From: Mobula hypostoma
Taxonomy: Eukaryota
Assembly: GCF_963921235.1 (NCBI RefSeq)
Contig: NC_086097.1
Span: forward strand, 189,970,001-190,034,000
Direction: 5' to 3'
DNA length: 64,000 bases
Below are positions 1 through 13,274 of the stretch, in pieces. The notes beneath the pieces are model-generated. The model did no database searches, was not told where the DNA came from, and worked only from the letters and a program-made list of their open reading frames with translations. The position numbers and the translations under genes were made by a program. Positions within the stretch are counted from its first letter, which is position 1. Each line of letters begins with the position of its first letter.

Positions 1-179
1 CATGGGTATTATGTGGACACCTTGCATTGTGTTATGCATTGCAATCATTGCAAGAATAAATCCAACAAATCAAGGTGTTTATAAGGATATGTTAGCAACA
101 GCCCATGTAATCTCACGGCCTTCCATCTCTCACTCCTCTATTATTATCAGAGTAACACTGCCTGAGGTTTCGAGAGGAT

Positions 180-3100
180 ATAGAACATAGAACATAGAAT
201 AGTATAGCACATTACAGGCCCTTCGGCCCACAATGTTGTGCCGACCCTCAAACCCTGCCTCCCATATAACCTCCCATTTTAAATTCCTCCATATACCTGT
301 CTAGTAGTCTCCTAAACTTCACTAGTGTATCTGCCTCCACCACTGACTCAGGCAGTGCATTCCACGCACCAACCACTCTCTGAGTAAAAAACCTTCCTCT
401 AATATTCCCCTTGAACTTCCCACCCCTTACCTTAAAGCCATGTCCTCTTGTATTGAGCAGTGGTATCCTGGGGAAGAGGCGCTGGCTATCCACTCTATCT
501 ATTCCTCTTAATATCTTGTACACCTCTATCATGTCTCCTCTCATCCTCCTTCTCTCCAAAGAGTAAAGCCCTAGCTCCCTTAATCTCTGATCATAATCCA
601 TACTCTCTAAACCAGGCAGCATCCTGGTAGATCTCCTCTGTACCCTTTCCAATGCTTCCACATCCTTCCTATAGTGAGGCGACTAGAAATGGATATAGTA
701 CTCCAAGTGTAGCCTAACCAGAGTTTTATAGAGCTGCATCATTACCTCTTGACTCTTAAACTCTATCCCTAGGCTTATGAAAGCTAACACTCTATAAGCT
801 TTCTTAACTACCCTATCTACCTATGAGGCAACTTTCAGGGATCTGTGGACATGTACCCCCAGATCCCTCTGCTCATCCACACTACCAAGTATCCTGCCAT
901 TTACTTTGTACTCTGCCTTGGAGTTTGTCCTTCCAAAGTGTATCACCTTACACTTCTCCGGGTCGAACTCCATCTGCCACTTCTCAGCCCACTTCTGCAT
1001 CCTATCAATGTCTCTCTGCAATCTTCGACAATCCTCTACACTATCTACAACACCACCAACCTTTGTGTCATCTGCAAACTTGCCAACTCACCCTTCTACC
1101 CCCACATCCAGGTCGTTAATAAAAATCACGAAAAGTAGAGGTCCCAGAACAGATTCTTGTGGGACACCACTAGTCACAACCCTCCAATCTGAATGTACTC
1201 CCTCCACCATGACCCTCTGCCTTCTGCAGGCAAGTCAATTTTGAATCCACCTGGCCAAACTTCCCTGGATCCCATGCCTTCTGACTTTCTGAATAAGTCT
1301 ATCGTGTGGAACCTTGTCAAATGCCTTACTAAAATTAATGTATATCACATTCACTGCACTACTCTCATCTATATGCCAGGTCACCTCCTCAAAGAACTCT
1401 ATCAGGCTTGTTAGACACGATCTGCCCTTTACAAAGCCATGCTGACTGTCCCTGATCAGACCATGATTCTCTAAATGCCCATAGATCCTATCTCTAAGAA
1501 TCTTTTCCAACAGCTCTCCCACCACAGACGTAAGGCTCACTGGTCTATAATTACCCAGACTATCCCTACTAACTTTTTTGAACAAGGGGACAACATTCGC
1601 CTTCCTCCAATCCTCCGGTACCATTCCCGTGGACAACAAGGACATAAAGATCCCAGCCAGAGGCTCAGCAATCTTTTCCCTTGGCTCGTGGAGCAGCCTG
1701 GGGAATATTCCGTCAGGCCCCGGGGACCTATCCATCCTAATGTATTTTAAGAACTCCAACACCTCCTCTCCCTTAATATCAACATGCTCCAGAACATCAA
1801 CATCACTCATATTGTCCTCACCAAGTTCCCTCTCATTGGTGAATACCGAAGAGAAGTACTCATTTAGGACCTCGCTCCCTTCCACAGCCTCCAGGCACAT
1901 CTACCCACCTTTATCTCTAATCAATCCTACCTTCACTCCTGTCATCCTTTTGTTCTTCACACAATTGAAGAATGCCTTGGAGTTTTCCTTTACCCTACTT
2001 GCCAAGGCCTTCTCATGCCCCCTTCTTGCTCTTCTCAGCCCCTTCTTAAGCTCCTTTCTTGTTTCCCTATATTCCTCAATAGACCCATCTGATCCTTGCT
2101 TCCTATACCTCATGTATGCTGCCTTCTTCCATCTGACTAGATTTTCCACCTCACTTGTCACCCATGGTTCCTTCACCCTACCATTCTTAATCATCCTCAT
2201 CAGGACAAATTTATCCCTAACATCCTGCAAGAGATCTCTAAACATCAACCACATGTCCATAGTACATTTCCCTGCAAAAACGTCATTCCAATTCACACCC
2301 ACAAGTTCTAGCCTTATAGCCTCATAATTTGCCCTTCACCAATTAAAAATTTTCCTGTCCTCTCTGATTCTATCCTTTTCCATGATAATGCTAAAGGCCA
2401 GGGAGTGGTGGTCACTGTTCCCCAGATGCTCACCCACTGAGAGATCTGTGACCTGACCCGGTTCATTACCTAGTACTAGATCTAGTATGGCATTCCTCCT
2501 AGTCGGCTTGTCAACATACTGTGACAGGAATCCGTCCTGGACACACCTAACATACTCTGCCCCATCTAAACCCTTGGAACTAATCAGGTGCCAATCAATA
2601 TTAGGGAAGTTAAAGCCCCCCATGATAACAACCCTGTTATTTTTGCACCTTTCCAAAATCTGCCTCCCAATCTGCTCCTCTGTATCTTTGCTGCTACCGG
2701 GGGCCTATAGAATACCCCCAGTAGAGTAACTGCTCCTTTCCTGTTCCTGACTCCCACCCATACTGACTCAAAAGAGGATCCTGCTACATTACCCACCCTT
2801 TCTGTAGCTGTAATAGTATCCCTGACCAGTAATGCCAACCCCTCCTCCCCTTTTCCCCCTCTCTATCCCTTTTAAAGCACTGAAATCCAGGAATATTGAG
2901 AATCCATTCCTGCCCTGGTGCCAGCCAAGTCTCTGTAATGGCCACTACATCATAATTCCATGTATGCATCCAAGCTCTCAGTTCATCACCTTTGTTCCTG
3001 ATGTTTCTTGCATTGAGGTACACACATTTCAGCCCTTCTACCTTACTGTCTTTACGCCATTTATTCTGCTTCTCTTTCCTCAAAGCCTCTCTATATGTTA

Positions 3101-4220
3101 GATCTGGCTTTACTCCATGCACTTCTTTCACTGCTCTACCGCTCCGGACCCCATCCCCCTTGCAAATTAGTTTAAACCCTCCCGAACCATGCTAGCGAAC
3201 CTACCTGCAAGGATATTGCTCCCCCTTGAGTTCAGGTGCAACCCATCCAGTCTGTACAGGTCCCACCTTCCCCAGAAGAGATCCCAATGATCCAAAAATA
3301 TAAAACCCTACTCCCTGCACCAACTCCTCAGCCACGCATTCAACTGCCATCTCCTCCAATTTTTACCATTACTGTCACGTAGCACTGGCAGCAATCCTGA
3401 GAATGCCACCCTTGAAGTCCTGTTCTTCAGCCTTCTGACTAGTTCCCGAAACTTATACTTCAGGACCTCATCCCTTTTCCTGCCTATGTTGTTGGTACCA
3501 ACTTGTATCACGACTTCTGGTTGCTTTCCCTCTCGTACCAGGATGTCGTCCACCCGGTCACAGACATACCGGACCCTGGCACCCAGGAGGCAACAAACCA
3601 TGCGGGTGTCCTTCTCACATCCACAAAATCTCCTGTCTGCTCCCCTGACTATGGAGACTCCAATGACGACAGTTCTTCTCTTCTCCGTCCCACCTTTCTG
3701 CACCACAGGGTCAGACTCAGTGCCAGAGACCCTGCCACCATGGCTCACACCTGGTCGATCGTCCCCGCTAACAGTATCCAGGACGGTAAACTTATATTCA
3801 GGGGAATGGCTACAGGGGTGCTCTGCACTACCTGTCTGCTCACCTTCACTTTCCCCCCTCTGACCGTCACCCAACGATCTGCTTCCAACAGCCTAGGTGT
3901 GACTACCTCCCTGTAGCTCTCATCTGTGACTGCCTCATTCTCCCTTATGAGTCGAAGGTCATCCAGCTGCTGCTCCAGATTCCTTACATGGTCTTCCAGA
4001 TCGTCCAGCCATATGCACTTCTGGCAGATGTCACTCTGCAGGACAGGGGCGTTCCCCCAAGACTGCCACAGATCACATGAGAGGCACATCACCATCTCAG
4101 GAGGCATTGTAAAGACTAACTGCGAGCAAGCTTGTTCTCTGCCTCTTCTCGTCGAAGCCTCTCGAGTCAAAGCCTCAAAGCTCCACTCCTTCACTGGCCC
4201 ACGCACTCACTAGCCGCTTT
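180..4220 (-). mobile_element. Full-length but inactivated CR1 LINE (5'UTR, ORF1 Zn-finger/coiled-coil/SGNH esterase, ORF2 APE endonuclease + RT, (TTCTATG)n tail)
   Basis: ORF1: CxxC..CxxC, LEQQLDDLRLIRE, VVIG(V)SIVRG, VGTNNIG. ORF2: YLNARNIRNK, ITETW, YRPP, SDH, PGPDG, NYRPVSLTS, QHGF, FSKAFD, GVPQ, FADD, LERVQRR. Several stops and frameshifts. ATAGAAC tail repeats at 180-200. Confidence 0.95.
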
Positions 4221-4599
4221 CCATTCTTATTGAGGACTTTCCATATTTTTTGAGGAAATTCTTCTCTTCAGTTGAAAAATACCAGGAAGAGAATGCCACT
4301 GACGATTAAACTTAAGCAATTTCATGGCAAACAGAACAAATCATATCTCTTAAGCTCTGCCATACCATATCTGCATGGTAGCAAATACGAAAGAGAAGTA
4401 ATAGTTCCAGGAACGTATGCCACCTTCAGCAATGGCAGTATCCAACATGAGTGCAGTGAAGACAAGGCACTAGATGCCAAGTGAATGATCTATTTTAGTT
4501 TCCGCCCAAGCTCTCTGCCATCACAGAAACTAACAATCAGCCAACTTGATTCATGTGCTTGCAAGAAATGACTGAGTATTCTCAGAAAAGACCATGAAC

Positions 4600-4810
4600 T
4601 GGGACCATCTTCCATGTGTAGAATCACGGATTTCTCATCCAAAATTCAATGTCTCTGTAGCCAGGCTCATCTAACACTGGCAGTTACCTGACAATGTGGA
4701 AACCTACTCAGACACAACCTGTCCACAAAAAAGCTGAATGATTATTATCATGTGTCAGCAATCTTTATCATCATGACAACTGTTGATATCTTGACAGTGC
4801 TATCATGTGG
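4600..4810 (+). mobile_element. Degraded non-LTR RT fragment
   Basis: Remnant resembling MWK..Q.PVHKK..SAI; probably the same type as the element at 13275-13995. Confidence 0.45.
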
Positions 4811-4899
4811 AAGGAACAGAGAATATCAAGTGCATCTGATACAGATCATGTTAGGGAACTGGAGCTGAAGCTGGACTGCCTAACGATCATTTATGAGAA

Positions 4900-5205
4900 T
4901 CATTTTCATCATCATTATGTGCTGTGTCGTATGGTGTCAGCTATTATGGTCTCATAACCATGATTGTTCTTGGCAAATTTTTCTACTGAAGTGGTTTACT
5001 ATTGCCTTTTTCTCCTGGGCAGTGTCCTTACAAGACGGGTGACCCCAGCCATTATCAATAATCTTCTGATATTGTCTGCCTGGCATCAGTGGTTGCATAA
5101 CCAGGACATAATGATACACTCCAGCTGCTCGACCGTCCACCAACTGCTCCCATGTGGCTTCAGATGACCCTGATCAGGGAGCTAATACCTCCTTTGGTAG
5201 AGACA
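4900..5205 (-). mobile_element. Non-autonomous SINE-like repeat with (ATG)n tail, inserted in CR1 ORF1
   Basis: Interrupts collinear CR1 ORF1 sequence; tail catcatcatt at the left end; no ORF. Confidence 0.6.
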
Positions 5206-6238
5206 GATTTTCACCACTCCATCCATATTCAGGAGAATAATGGGTTAATAAACAGGTGCAAAAAGGGGGCAGTCACAGTTAAGTTGCGGGAGGCAGAAAG
5301 CTGGGTGATCCTCAGTAGAGAGAAGGGAATCGACAAATAGTACAGAGTACCCCTGTGGCTTTTCCCCTCAATAACACGTATACCACTTTGGATACTGTTG
5401 AGGAGGATGACCTTCCGGGGAAAGCCACAGTGACCCGGTCAATGGCATTGAGTCTGAAGCTGAGCTTCTGAAGGGAAGGTGGGAGTAAAGACAAGCGGTG
5501 GTTACAGGGGATTCAACAGTCAGGGAAACAGACAGGAGATTCTGTGGATGTGAACAAGACTACCAGATGGTATGTTGTCTCCTAGGTGCCAGAGTCAAGG
5601 ATGACGCAGTTCAAGCTGGCATCGTTTTTAAGGGGGGAGTGAGCAACCAGAACCTGTGTTACATATTCATACCAGTGATTTAGGCAGGGAAAGGGAAGAG
5701 GTCCTGAAGAGTCAAATATAGGGAGTTAGGTAGGAGCTGTTGGGAAGTGATTAATTTAGGTTGGCAGAGGAATGGATACCAGGGTGATAGGTCAAAGGAT
5801 GGAAGAGTTGGTTTTAAGGTAGATGAAAAGTGTAGAGGGACTGTATGGAAGGATAGGCTATGAATAATAATGCAGTCAGTTGGATGGGTTAAAATGTGTT
5901 TATTTTAATACAAGAAGTATCAGAAACAAGGGTGATGAGTTTCGAGCATGGATCTGTACATGGAACTATGACGGCATTGTGGTCATTGCAGAGATTTGGC
6001 TGTCATGAGGTTAGGAATGGCTGCTGGATGTTCCAGGGTTTAGATTTTTCAAAAGGGATGGTGGTGGGGGTGGGGGCTGCACAAGAGGTTGAGAAGTGGT
6101 TTTGCTAGTCAGGGACAGTATCACAGCTGTGGAAAGGGAGGAGGTTGTGGAGGGATTGTCCACCAAATCAGTGTGGATGAAAGTCAAAAGCAGGAAGGGA
6201 TTAATCACTTTATTTGGGAGTATTGACCAGATTCCCCT

Positions 6239-6260
6239 CCACACACACACACACACACAC
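6239..6260. repeat. (CA)n microsatellite
   Basis: Directly visible. Confidence 0.95.
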
Positions 6261-7784
6261 AAATAGCAGCAGAGACATCGTGGAGCAGATGATACAACGT
6301 TGGTAGTGTTGTGGTTACAATACGACATTGATAGCATGCAGAGCTGGGCTAAGGAGTGTCAGATGTAATTCAATCCGAAAAAGTGTAAAGTGACTACTTT
6401 GGACGTTGAATCAGAAGGCAGAACACATAGTTCATGGTAGGATTATTAGCAGTGTCAAGGAACTGAAGGATCTTGGGGTCCACATCCATAGATCCCTCAA
6501 AGTTGCTGTGCAAGTTGATAGCCTGTTAAAGAAGGTTAATAGTGTATTGGCCTTCATTAGTCAGGGTGTGGGGAATTGTGTTCAAGAGCTTTGAGGTAAT
6601 ATTGCAGCTCCATGATACCGTGATTGGACAACTCTTGGAGTATTGTGTTCTGTTCTGCTCACCTCAATATAGGAAGGATGTCGAAGCTTTAGAGTAGTTG
6701 CAGAAATATACCAGGATGCTGCTGTGACTAGGGAGCATATCTTATGAGGATAGATTGAATGAGTTAGGGCTTTACTCTTTGGAGTAAAGGAGGATCAGAG
6801 GAGACTTGAGAGAGGTATATAAGATGATACGTGGTTTAGGTAGAGTGGATATCAAGTGACATTTTCCCAGGGTGGAAATGGCTAATACAAGAGGGCATAA
6901 TTAAGTCGTGATGGGAGGAAGGTATGGGGAGATGTCAGAGGTAGATGTTTTTAGACAGAGGGACGTGGGCGCATGGAATGCTCTGCCAGGGATAGCGGTA
7001 AAGGCAAATGCTACGGGGACATTTAAGAGACTCTTAGATAGGCATGTGGTTAAAAGAAAAATGGAGGGCAATATGGGCGGGAAGGATTAGGTAGAACTTG
7101 GAGTAGGAAAAATGTTTAACCCAATATTGCGGGCTGATTGGCCTATAGAATACTGTACTGTTCTATGTTTTACAGCTCCAGGGAAGCCATTACACTGATG
7201 TTGGTTGTTGAAAGCCATGGGTAGAAATAGAGCACAGGTATAAGGCTATGCTGTCAACAGCCTAATTGTTAAGTTTGCCATTAAACTTTAAAGCATGTCG
7301 AATAGTATGACAATAGTAGTGGTAAAGCTTTTCTAGCATATCCAATGTCTGCTGGCTCCTGTAAAGAGCTTGATGTACCTTGACCAATTTATCTGATAGA
7401 CCTGAGTGTTCAATGCATGAGAAAGATCAAAGAATAGCACACTTATTGGCATGGAACCCCAACTTCATAATCAATAGAAGGCACATTGCTGGTTGTAAAA
7501 TTTAGATCCTATCATCTGCTAAAATCCTAAAGCAAGAAGGAAACAAAGATGATTAACAATGCTTATAGGCATGCATTTCAAAGGATAGAGTCTAGGGAAT
7601 AAGGCTATTGAGCAGCGGGCACAGGTGGACATATGGAAACTTATTATAATTATAATGTAAATATAGCCTGGATAGAAATTATATCTTAATATTCCTGACA
7701 ATGGGATTTTCTGATGTAAAACAGAGGCCTAATCATGCACTGGAAATCAGCAAATCAGTTATAGAAGTAGTTACAGGTATGGAA

Positions 7785-8015
7785 AGATACTTTGCACTCT
7801 TCATCCCATGTTCTCGATATTATTTATTTATTTATTTATTATTATTGTTTTTTCCCCTTTAGTATTTGTACAATTTGTCTTATGCGCATTAGTTGTCTTT
7901 CATTGATTCTATTATGGTTTTTGCACTTAAGTATGCTCACCAGAAAATGGATCTCAAGGTTGTATGTGGTGAAATATACGTATTTTGATAATAAATTTAG
8001 TTTGAATTTTGACCT
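7785..8015 (+). mobile_element. Rex1/Babar-type 3' UTR/tail fragment
   Basis: Ends in ttgataataaattt..tttgaattttga, the same tail found on Rex1-like ORF remnants elsewhere in the window. Confidence 0.6.
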
Positions 8016-9329
8016 TTAAATAAAAATGGTAGAAAGAACAACATTTAAGGCTAAATAAGGAATAAAAGGGGCAGTCACAGTGCTAGGAGTGAGTTATAGG
8101 TTCCAAACAGTGAAAGAGAGACGTAAGAACAAATGTTTATGCATAATGCTGAGAAATGATCTCCATTTTGCTCTCTTTTTGCACTATTAACTTATGTTTT
8201 ATATTTCTTATTGCAACTAAGTGTCTTGCACTGCACTCCTGCTGCAAAATAACAAATTTCACTGCACAATAAATCTGATTCTGAAATGTGTAAAAGTCAG
8301 TACTTGTTCAAGGAAATAGCTGTACAGAGCAGAGTAAAATGTGACACAGCATTGTCTTTTCTGAATATGAAGTATTCAGGTCTGCAGTGGTTGATAATCA
8401 GGCTGTGAGTAATGACATGAAATTACTTCAAAGCTGATTAAAAGGAAGTTTGCATTTCTTGTTCTGCATATTGGCCAATAAAATACAATATTGGATGTTA
8501 ACATTCTTTCAGCGGTCCTGAAGAAGCAATTGCAGTCTTACTGAGGATATTTTAAATTAGACACTGGAAAATCACACAAGGTGCAGGATCCAACTGACTG
8601 GTTGAAAGATGTATGACTGCATACCTAATACATTTCTGATAACATTAGGAAATTATAATTAAAAATATTGTTTACTCTTAGAAATGCTGTTTTTTTTCCC
8701 TAAACAGACTTTTCTTAAGAAGAATTGCATCTGATAATCTCACCACCACCTGCTACAAACATCAAAGAGACAAGAAAAGCAATGATTTACAGGCTTACTC
8801 AGATCTTTCAGTACAATCATCTAAAATCTGAAAGACGACTTGCATCAGGCAGGTCATGTGGCTTGATAATGGGTTTAGGTAGACGCACAAGGCTGATTAG
8901 TTACATGTGACCTGTGTGTGTTAAACATAAGTGGAACTTGCACTGAAGTTCTGGTCTTGGACATGGCTATCGAAAATAGCACAAAATGGTAATAATATAA
9001 TAATATAAAATACCACATGTAACCATGTTTTTATATCACCATGGTTCTGTCACCCTCACTGTAGGTAAACTAAACAGATTATACCAATTAGGGCATTTAA
9101 CAAATGTTGAATGAAGGGGCAGATTTTAAGTTAATAGCTGAGTATTAGGTAAACTCTGACTCTAGGATTAATGCAATTAAAAATGGTTATTATAATTGGG
9201 ATTATATATTAAAGAACAGTTTCTTGTATGTTGCATTTTATCTCAGTCTATATTACCATTCAGCATTTCAAATTCATAGTAAACTTTTGAGTTAGTACCC
9301 CTCAGATAATCTCTGAAACTGCATCAGAA

Positions 9330-9540
9330 TGACAGAGTAATAGAACAATACAAGATGTATCCAGGCCCTTTGGCCTAATAACTCTATGGTATCCATTCAG
9401 TTAGTCCCAATTTCCTGTGCTTGGCCCATATTTCTCCATGTCCCTCCCTACTATGTACCTGTTCAAGAGCTACTTAAGTGATAACTACTTCTTCTGGCCG
9501 CTCATTCCATAGTCTTTTGTCATCTCAGTGTGAAATGGGT
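9330..9540 (-). mobile_element. Old CR1 3' end fragment
   Basis: aggccctttggcc / ccattcagttagtcccaatttcctg..ttggccca pattern of CR1 tails. Confidence 0.55.
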
Positions 9541-9714
9541 CTTGGGCAGATACAAATAAGACAAGATTTCCTTTTAACTTCTAAATCTGGACTGACCAGG
9601 TAAGAATAGCTTTCACTGAAACTGAGTTTTGTAGCTATGTGTCAAGACCACTTACGACAAGTTGTTGGTTGGATGGAAAGTGTGACGTGGTGCTAGATGA
9701 TTGAACAATTACTA

Positions 9715-10095
9715 GTGCAACACTGTGGTTTAAGAAAGGAAGGGATAGACTGAGCAATTTACGGGTCAGTAAACCTGAAATCACTGATAGCCAAAGTACT
9801 AGAATACATTCTGAGAGGCAGTAAAAGTTAACATTCAGTGGAAGAATGTATACTCAGAGAGTGAACATTAATATTTTAAAGGAAGGCTGTGTCAGACTAA
9901 CTATTATTTTTTTTCTCAAGGAAGCCAGTGGGATAGCACATTTGATTCAAAAGGATAATGCAGGTAACACAACTGATATGGTCTACATGGATTTTAGCAA
10001 GGCAATGGGCTACATGAGAGACTGACCCAAAAAGAGAAACTCCTTGGGATTCCAGAGAAAATCACAAACTTGGAGATTGAATTAACTCAGTAGAA
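9715..10095 (+). mobile_element. Old CR1 RT fragment
   Basis: Remnants of PLFKKG..NY.PVSL, ILR and DMVYMDFSKA. Confidence 0.65.
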
Positions 10096-10549
10096 TCTCT
10101 CCACTAGTAGACGACCAGGATTAACTGATCTTTTATACTTATACTTTATACTTTATTGTCGCCAAACAATAATCTTTTGAAGATGGTGGGAGACTTATGC
10201 AATGTAAATTCATTGATCTTGATTTCACCATTTCTGTCATGGCACTGCCCACCCTATAGCTTGTCAACCATGCAACCCAGACTGCTGCTGTGTATTGCAA
10301 ACTTGTGCACTCTGAAGCCAAACCTCTGAGACCTGCACTGCTTGGAGTCTTTCACCAAGGTCACCTGCAGCCTCCTCAATTGCTAGTCAGCAGCCTTCAT
10401 TCCAGCAACCATGCTGTAGCCATTTTTAAAGCACCCCATGGGGCAATCAGTTTTTAGCAGATGGCCTGGCTAGAAGATGATTCCAGACATTGTTTCTAAT
10501 CTGCTGCTTCATCCGTCCCCAGAAATATATTTTCCAGTGCACCAAAGAA

Positions 10550-10960
10550 AGCATCCTACGTGGATGTGTCACAGCTTGGTATGGCAATTGCTCGGCCTGT
10601 GACTGCAAGAAGCTCCAGAGTTGTGGACACAGCTCAGAATATCATTGAAACCAGCCTCCTCTCCATGGATTCTGTCTGCACTTTTCATTGCATCAGTAAA
10701 GTAGAATCAGAATCAGGTTTAATATCACTGGCATATGTCATGAAATTTGCCAACATGATCAAACACTATGGACACTTCTCCACTCTTCCATTGGATAGAA
10801 GATACAAGAGCTTGAAAGCATGGACCACCAGGCTCGAGGACAACTTCCACCCCTCTTTTAGACTATTGAATGGTTCCTTGGTTATCATATTACACCTTAT
10901 TCGTGCACCTCACTTCCTTTGTAGCTGTTGCAAGTTGTTCTGCATTTTGCTGTTGCATTG
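10550..10960 (+). mobile_element. Rex1/Babar 3' fragment
   Basis: RVVDTAQNIIETSL..RRYKSLKAWTTRLEDNFHPSFRLLNG. Confidence 0.75.
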
Positions 10961-11679
10961 GCTGGTGCGGCTCTGATGGCTGGAAGAGCCTATTCCGTGC
11001 TGTATCCCAATAAATAAATAAATAATCAAACAGACAGACAGACAGACAGACCAAAGGGTTTCTATCAAGTTGAAATAATGTCTAAGTGTTTGTAAGTCAC
11101 AGGTGCCAGAAGTATTAAATAAAAACAGAATGTATTTTAAGTACTCTGTAGGTTATTTGGTTATTAATCTGAAATTTTAACATTACTTCTCTTTCTACAG
11201 AATGTTGCGCGACCTGTTGAAACTTCCACCAATTACTGTTTTGCTTACAAGCTACGAAATCAGTCCAGTGAGCGATTCACAATCCGGTACAAGGCAGCAC
11301 AAAGCAGCCCTCTTGGTGGACATTTTTCAACCTCCCTAATCATTTATTTCCTCCATATGCCGCTACTGTGGCTGCAGTGTATACTGGAGTTACTCACCTA
11401 GGCTACTCCAACAGCACCTCATAAACATCCAACCACTTTCACCCAGATTGGGTAAGCAGGGAATGTTCCCCATTAAGCTGCTCACTGAATTATTTGGGAA
11501 ACTTTTGCCTTTTTTTCATTGTAACTGTACCAAGAGCCTGGAACTCTCAAGGCAGAAGGATTGTTTGAGTACCTTCACTGGAAGGAGTGCAGTAGTTTGA
11601 AGTAGAGCTCAGGGGCAATAAGGATTGGCAATCAGATCAGATTTAGATTGATTTATTTATTACAAGTATGTACATCAAA

Positions 11680-11875
11680 GGGCCAGTTGGTGGTGTAGTG
11701 GCATCAGCACTGGACTTCAAGGCAGATGGTCCTGAGTTCAAACCCAGCCAGGTCCCAACCTGCGTGGATGAAGGGCCTGGCAATCTACTTCCGTATCTTG
11801 CCGTGAAAACCCTGTGGACCCTATGGTCCATGAGGTCACGAGGAGTCGGACTTGACTTAATGACTGAACAACAAC
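11680..11875 (+). mobile_element. tRNA-derived SINE with BovB/RTE-type tail and 12-bp TSD
   Basis: A box TGGTGTAGTGG, B box GAGTTCAAACC. Tail gtccatgaggtcacgaggagtcggacttgacttaatgactgaacaacaac. TSD ATGTACATCAAA at 11668-11679 and 11876-11887. Confidence 0.9.
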
Positions 11876-12019
11876 ATGTACATCAAAACAGACAGGAGAG
11901 TGAAATGAGTCATTTGCATTAACAAACAGCACACCCAAGGACATGCTGGGGCAGCCGCAAATATTACCAGCAACTTACAGTGCCCACAATCTTCACTTAG
12001 TACCTGTGGAACGAGAAAC

Positions 12020-13030
12020 AACGTTAGCATTTCAGGTCAAAAATTCTTCGTAGAAAACAATGGATAGTGCTCAGATGGATAGGATAGAGGAGAAACTGTT
12101 GATAGGCTAAGACCACAGCTGCTCTGAGGATAAGCTGTAAATGTGATCCTCCAGGTGATGGGGCAGTTTGAGGAAAAAATGAAAAGATGAGGGCAGTTAG
12201 GGTGTGATAATCCAAGCAAATGCACATAAAGGTTGTGAAATGTAATATTCCAGGAATGCTCATCAAGTCAGGATGTGGTAATGGAGAGAGAAAACCTGAG
12301 CTGATGGATGCCTTACACCAGAAATTGCCTGCTCTGATAAGAACAGAGAATGTGAGTTATCTGAAGTTGGAGAATTTGATACTGAGTGTAGAAGGCAGCA
12401 TGTTGCCAGTCAGAAGATCCTCAGGCTTACATTGCTGCGGTCCACAAATGACTAGATATGTGAAAATTGAAGTGGTTTGGAGAATTAAAGCAGCAGGCAA
12501 CAGGGAGCTCCGAGTACTCCTGAGGCAATCACCAGATCTACCTTTGGTTTCTCCCATGTTAAGGAGACCACATTGTGAACACTGTCCACTAGGTTGTAAG
12601 AAGTGCAGGTGAATTACTGCTTCACTTGATGGTTCCTTGATGGTCAGTAGGGAAGAGATGGGATGACAGATCTTATATATCCTGCCTTTGCATAACAATG
12701 GATCTTAAGAAGAGGAGCAATTGGTGAGCATGGAAACACAGACCAGAGAGTCATAAAGGGAAGGACTCCTTGAACTGTCAGTGGAAGTAAGAAGATGATA
12801 TGTCTGTTAATCGATATTCTGAAGAATATAGCATTAAATGGAAAGTCAGGACCAGGAGCACTATGCTCTTGCTCATGAAAATCAAGAAAACTGCAGTTTC
12901 TTGGAATTTGAAATAAAAGATGCTGGGAAAGACTTCTGACAAAGGGTCCCAGACCTGAAAGGTTAACTCTTTCTCTTTCCACAGGTGCTCCCTGACTATT
13001 GAGTGTTTCTTAGATTTTCTGTTCCAATTT
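12020..13030 (-). mobile_element. Old Penelope-like remnant (GIY-YIG region) with an opposite-orientation terminal-repeat piece at about 12930-13030
   Basis: CSQCGLLNMGETKGRSGDCLR..LPSTLSIKFSNFR. Degenerate hammerhead at about 12932-12968 (+). Confidence 0.75.
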
Positions 13031-13274
13031 TTGGTTAGGCCAGTGCAAAATAGATGATATGAAGCCAAGGCCTTTATCACCTGTTAGAAAGGGTACAGAA
13101 CATAAAGGTCAGGTGTCTGATATGCTGAAGTTTTTCTTTTAACATTATCTGTACTTTGTATTTACAGCATTTGCATTTTTTGTCTTCATTTACTGGTATT
13201 AAATGCTGACTTTACCAGCAATACCAAAATGTCAAGAAATGAATAAATGTAAAGCTAAAAAATGAAGATTTCTA

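Larger units (their letters stand above)
4815..7170 (+). mobile_element. Degraded CR1 with ORF1 and a large internal ORF2 deletion, interrupted by a SINE
   Basis: VTGDSTVRETDRRFCG esterase motif. Endonuclease start jumps directly to the ADDT RT motif near 6285. CR1 C-terminus (VGAWNALP..FKRLLDRH) and ttctatgtt tail at about 7170. Confidence 0.85.

Noticed and set aside
1578..2327. Long ORFs antisense or frame-shifted to CR1 and Penelope ORFs (also 32504-33130, 31815-32387, 36925-37293)
   Set aside because: Shadows of retroelement coding or low-complexity terminal-repeat sequence.
3308..3874. SGNH esterase ORF as a host enzyme gene
   Set aside because: It is CR1 ORF1, collinear with ORF2 and disrupted.
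8708..8831. Possible plus-strand exon after a strong polypyrimidine acceptor
   Set aside because: No good donor, no partner exon and an unrecognisable translation.
11680..11752. tRNA gene (also 46470-46544)
   Set aside because: SINE heads with A and B boxes followed by SINE body, tail and TSD; no convincing cloverleaf.
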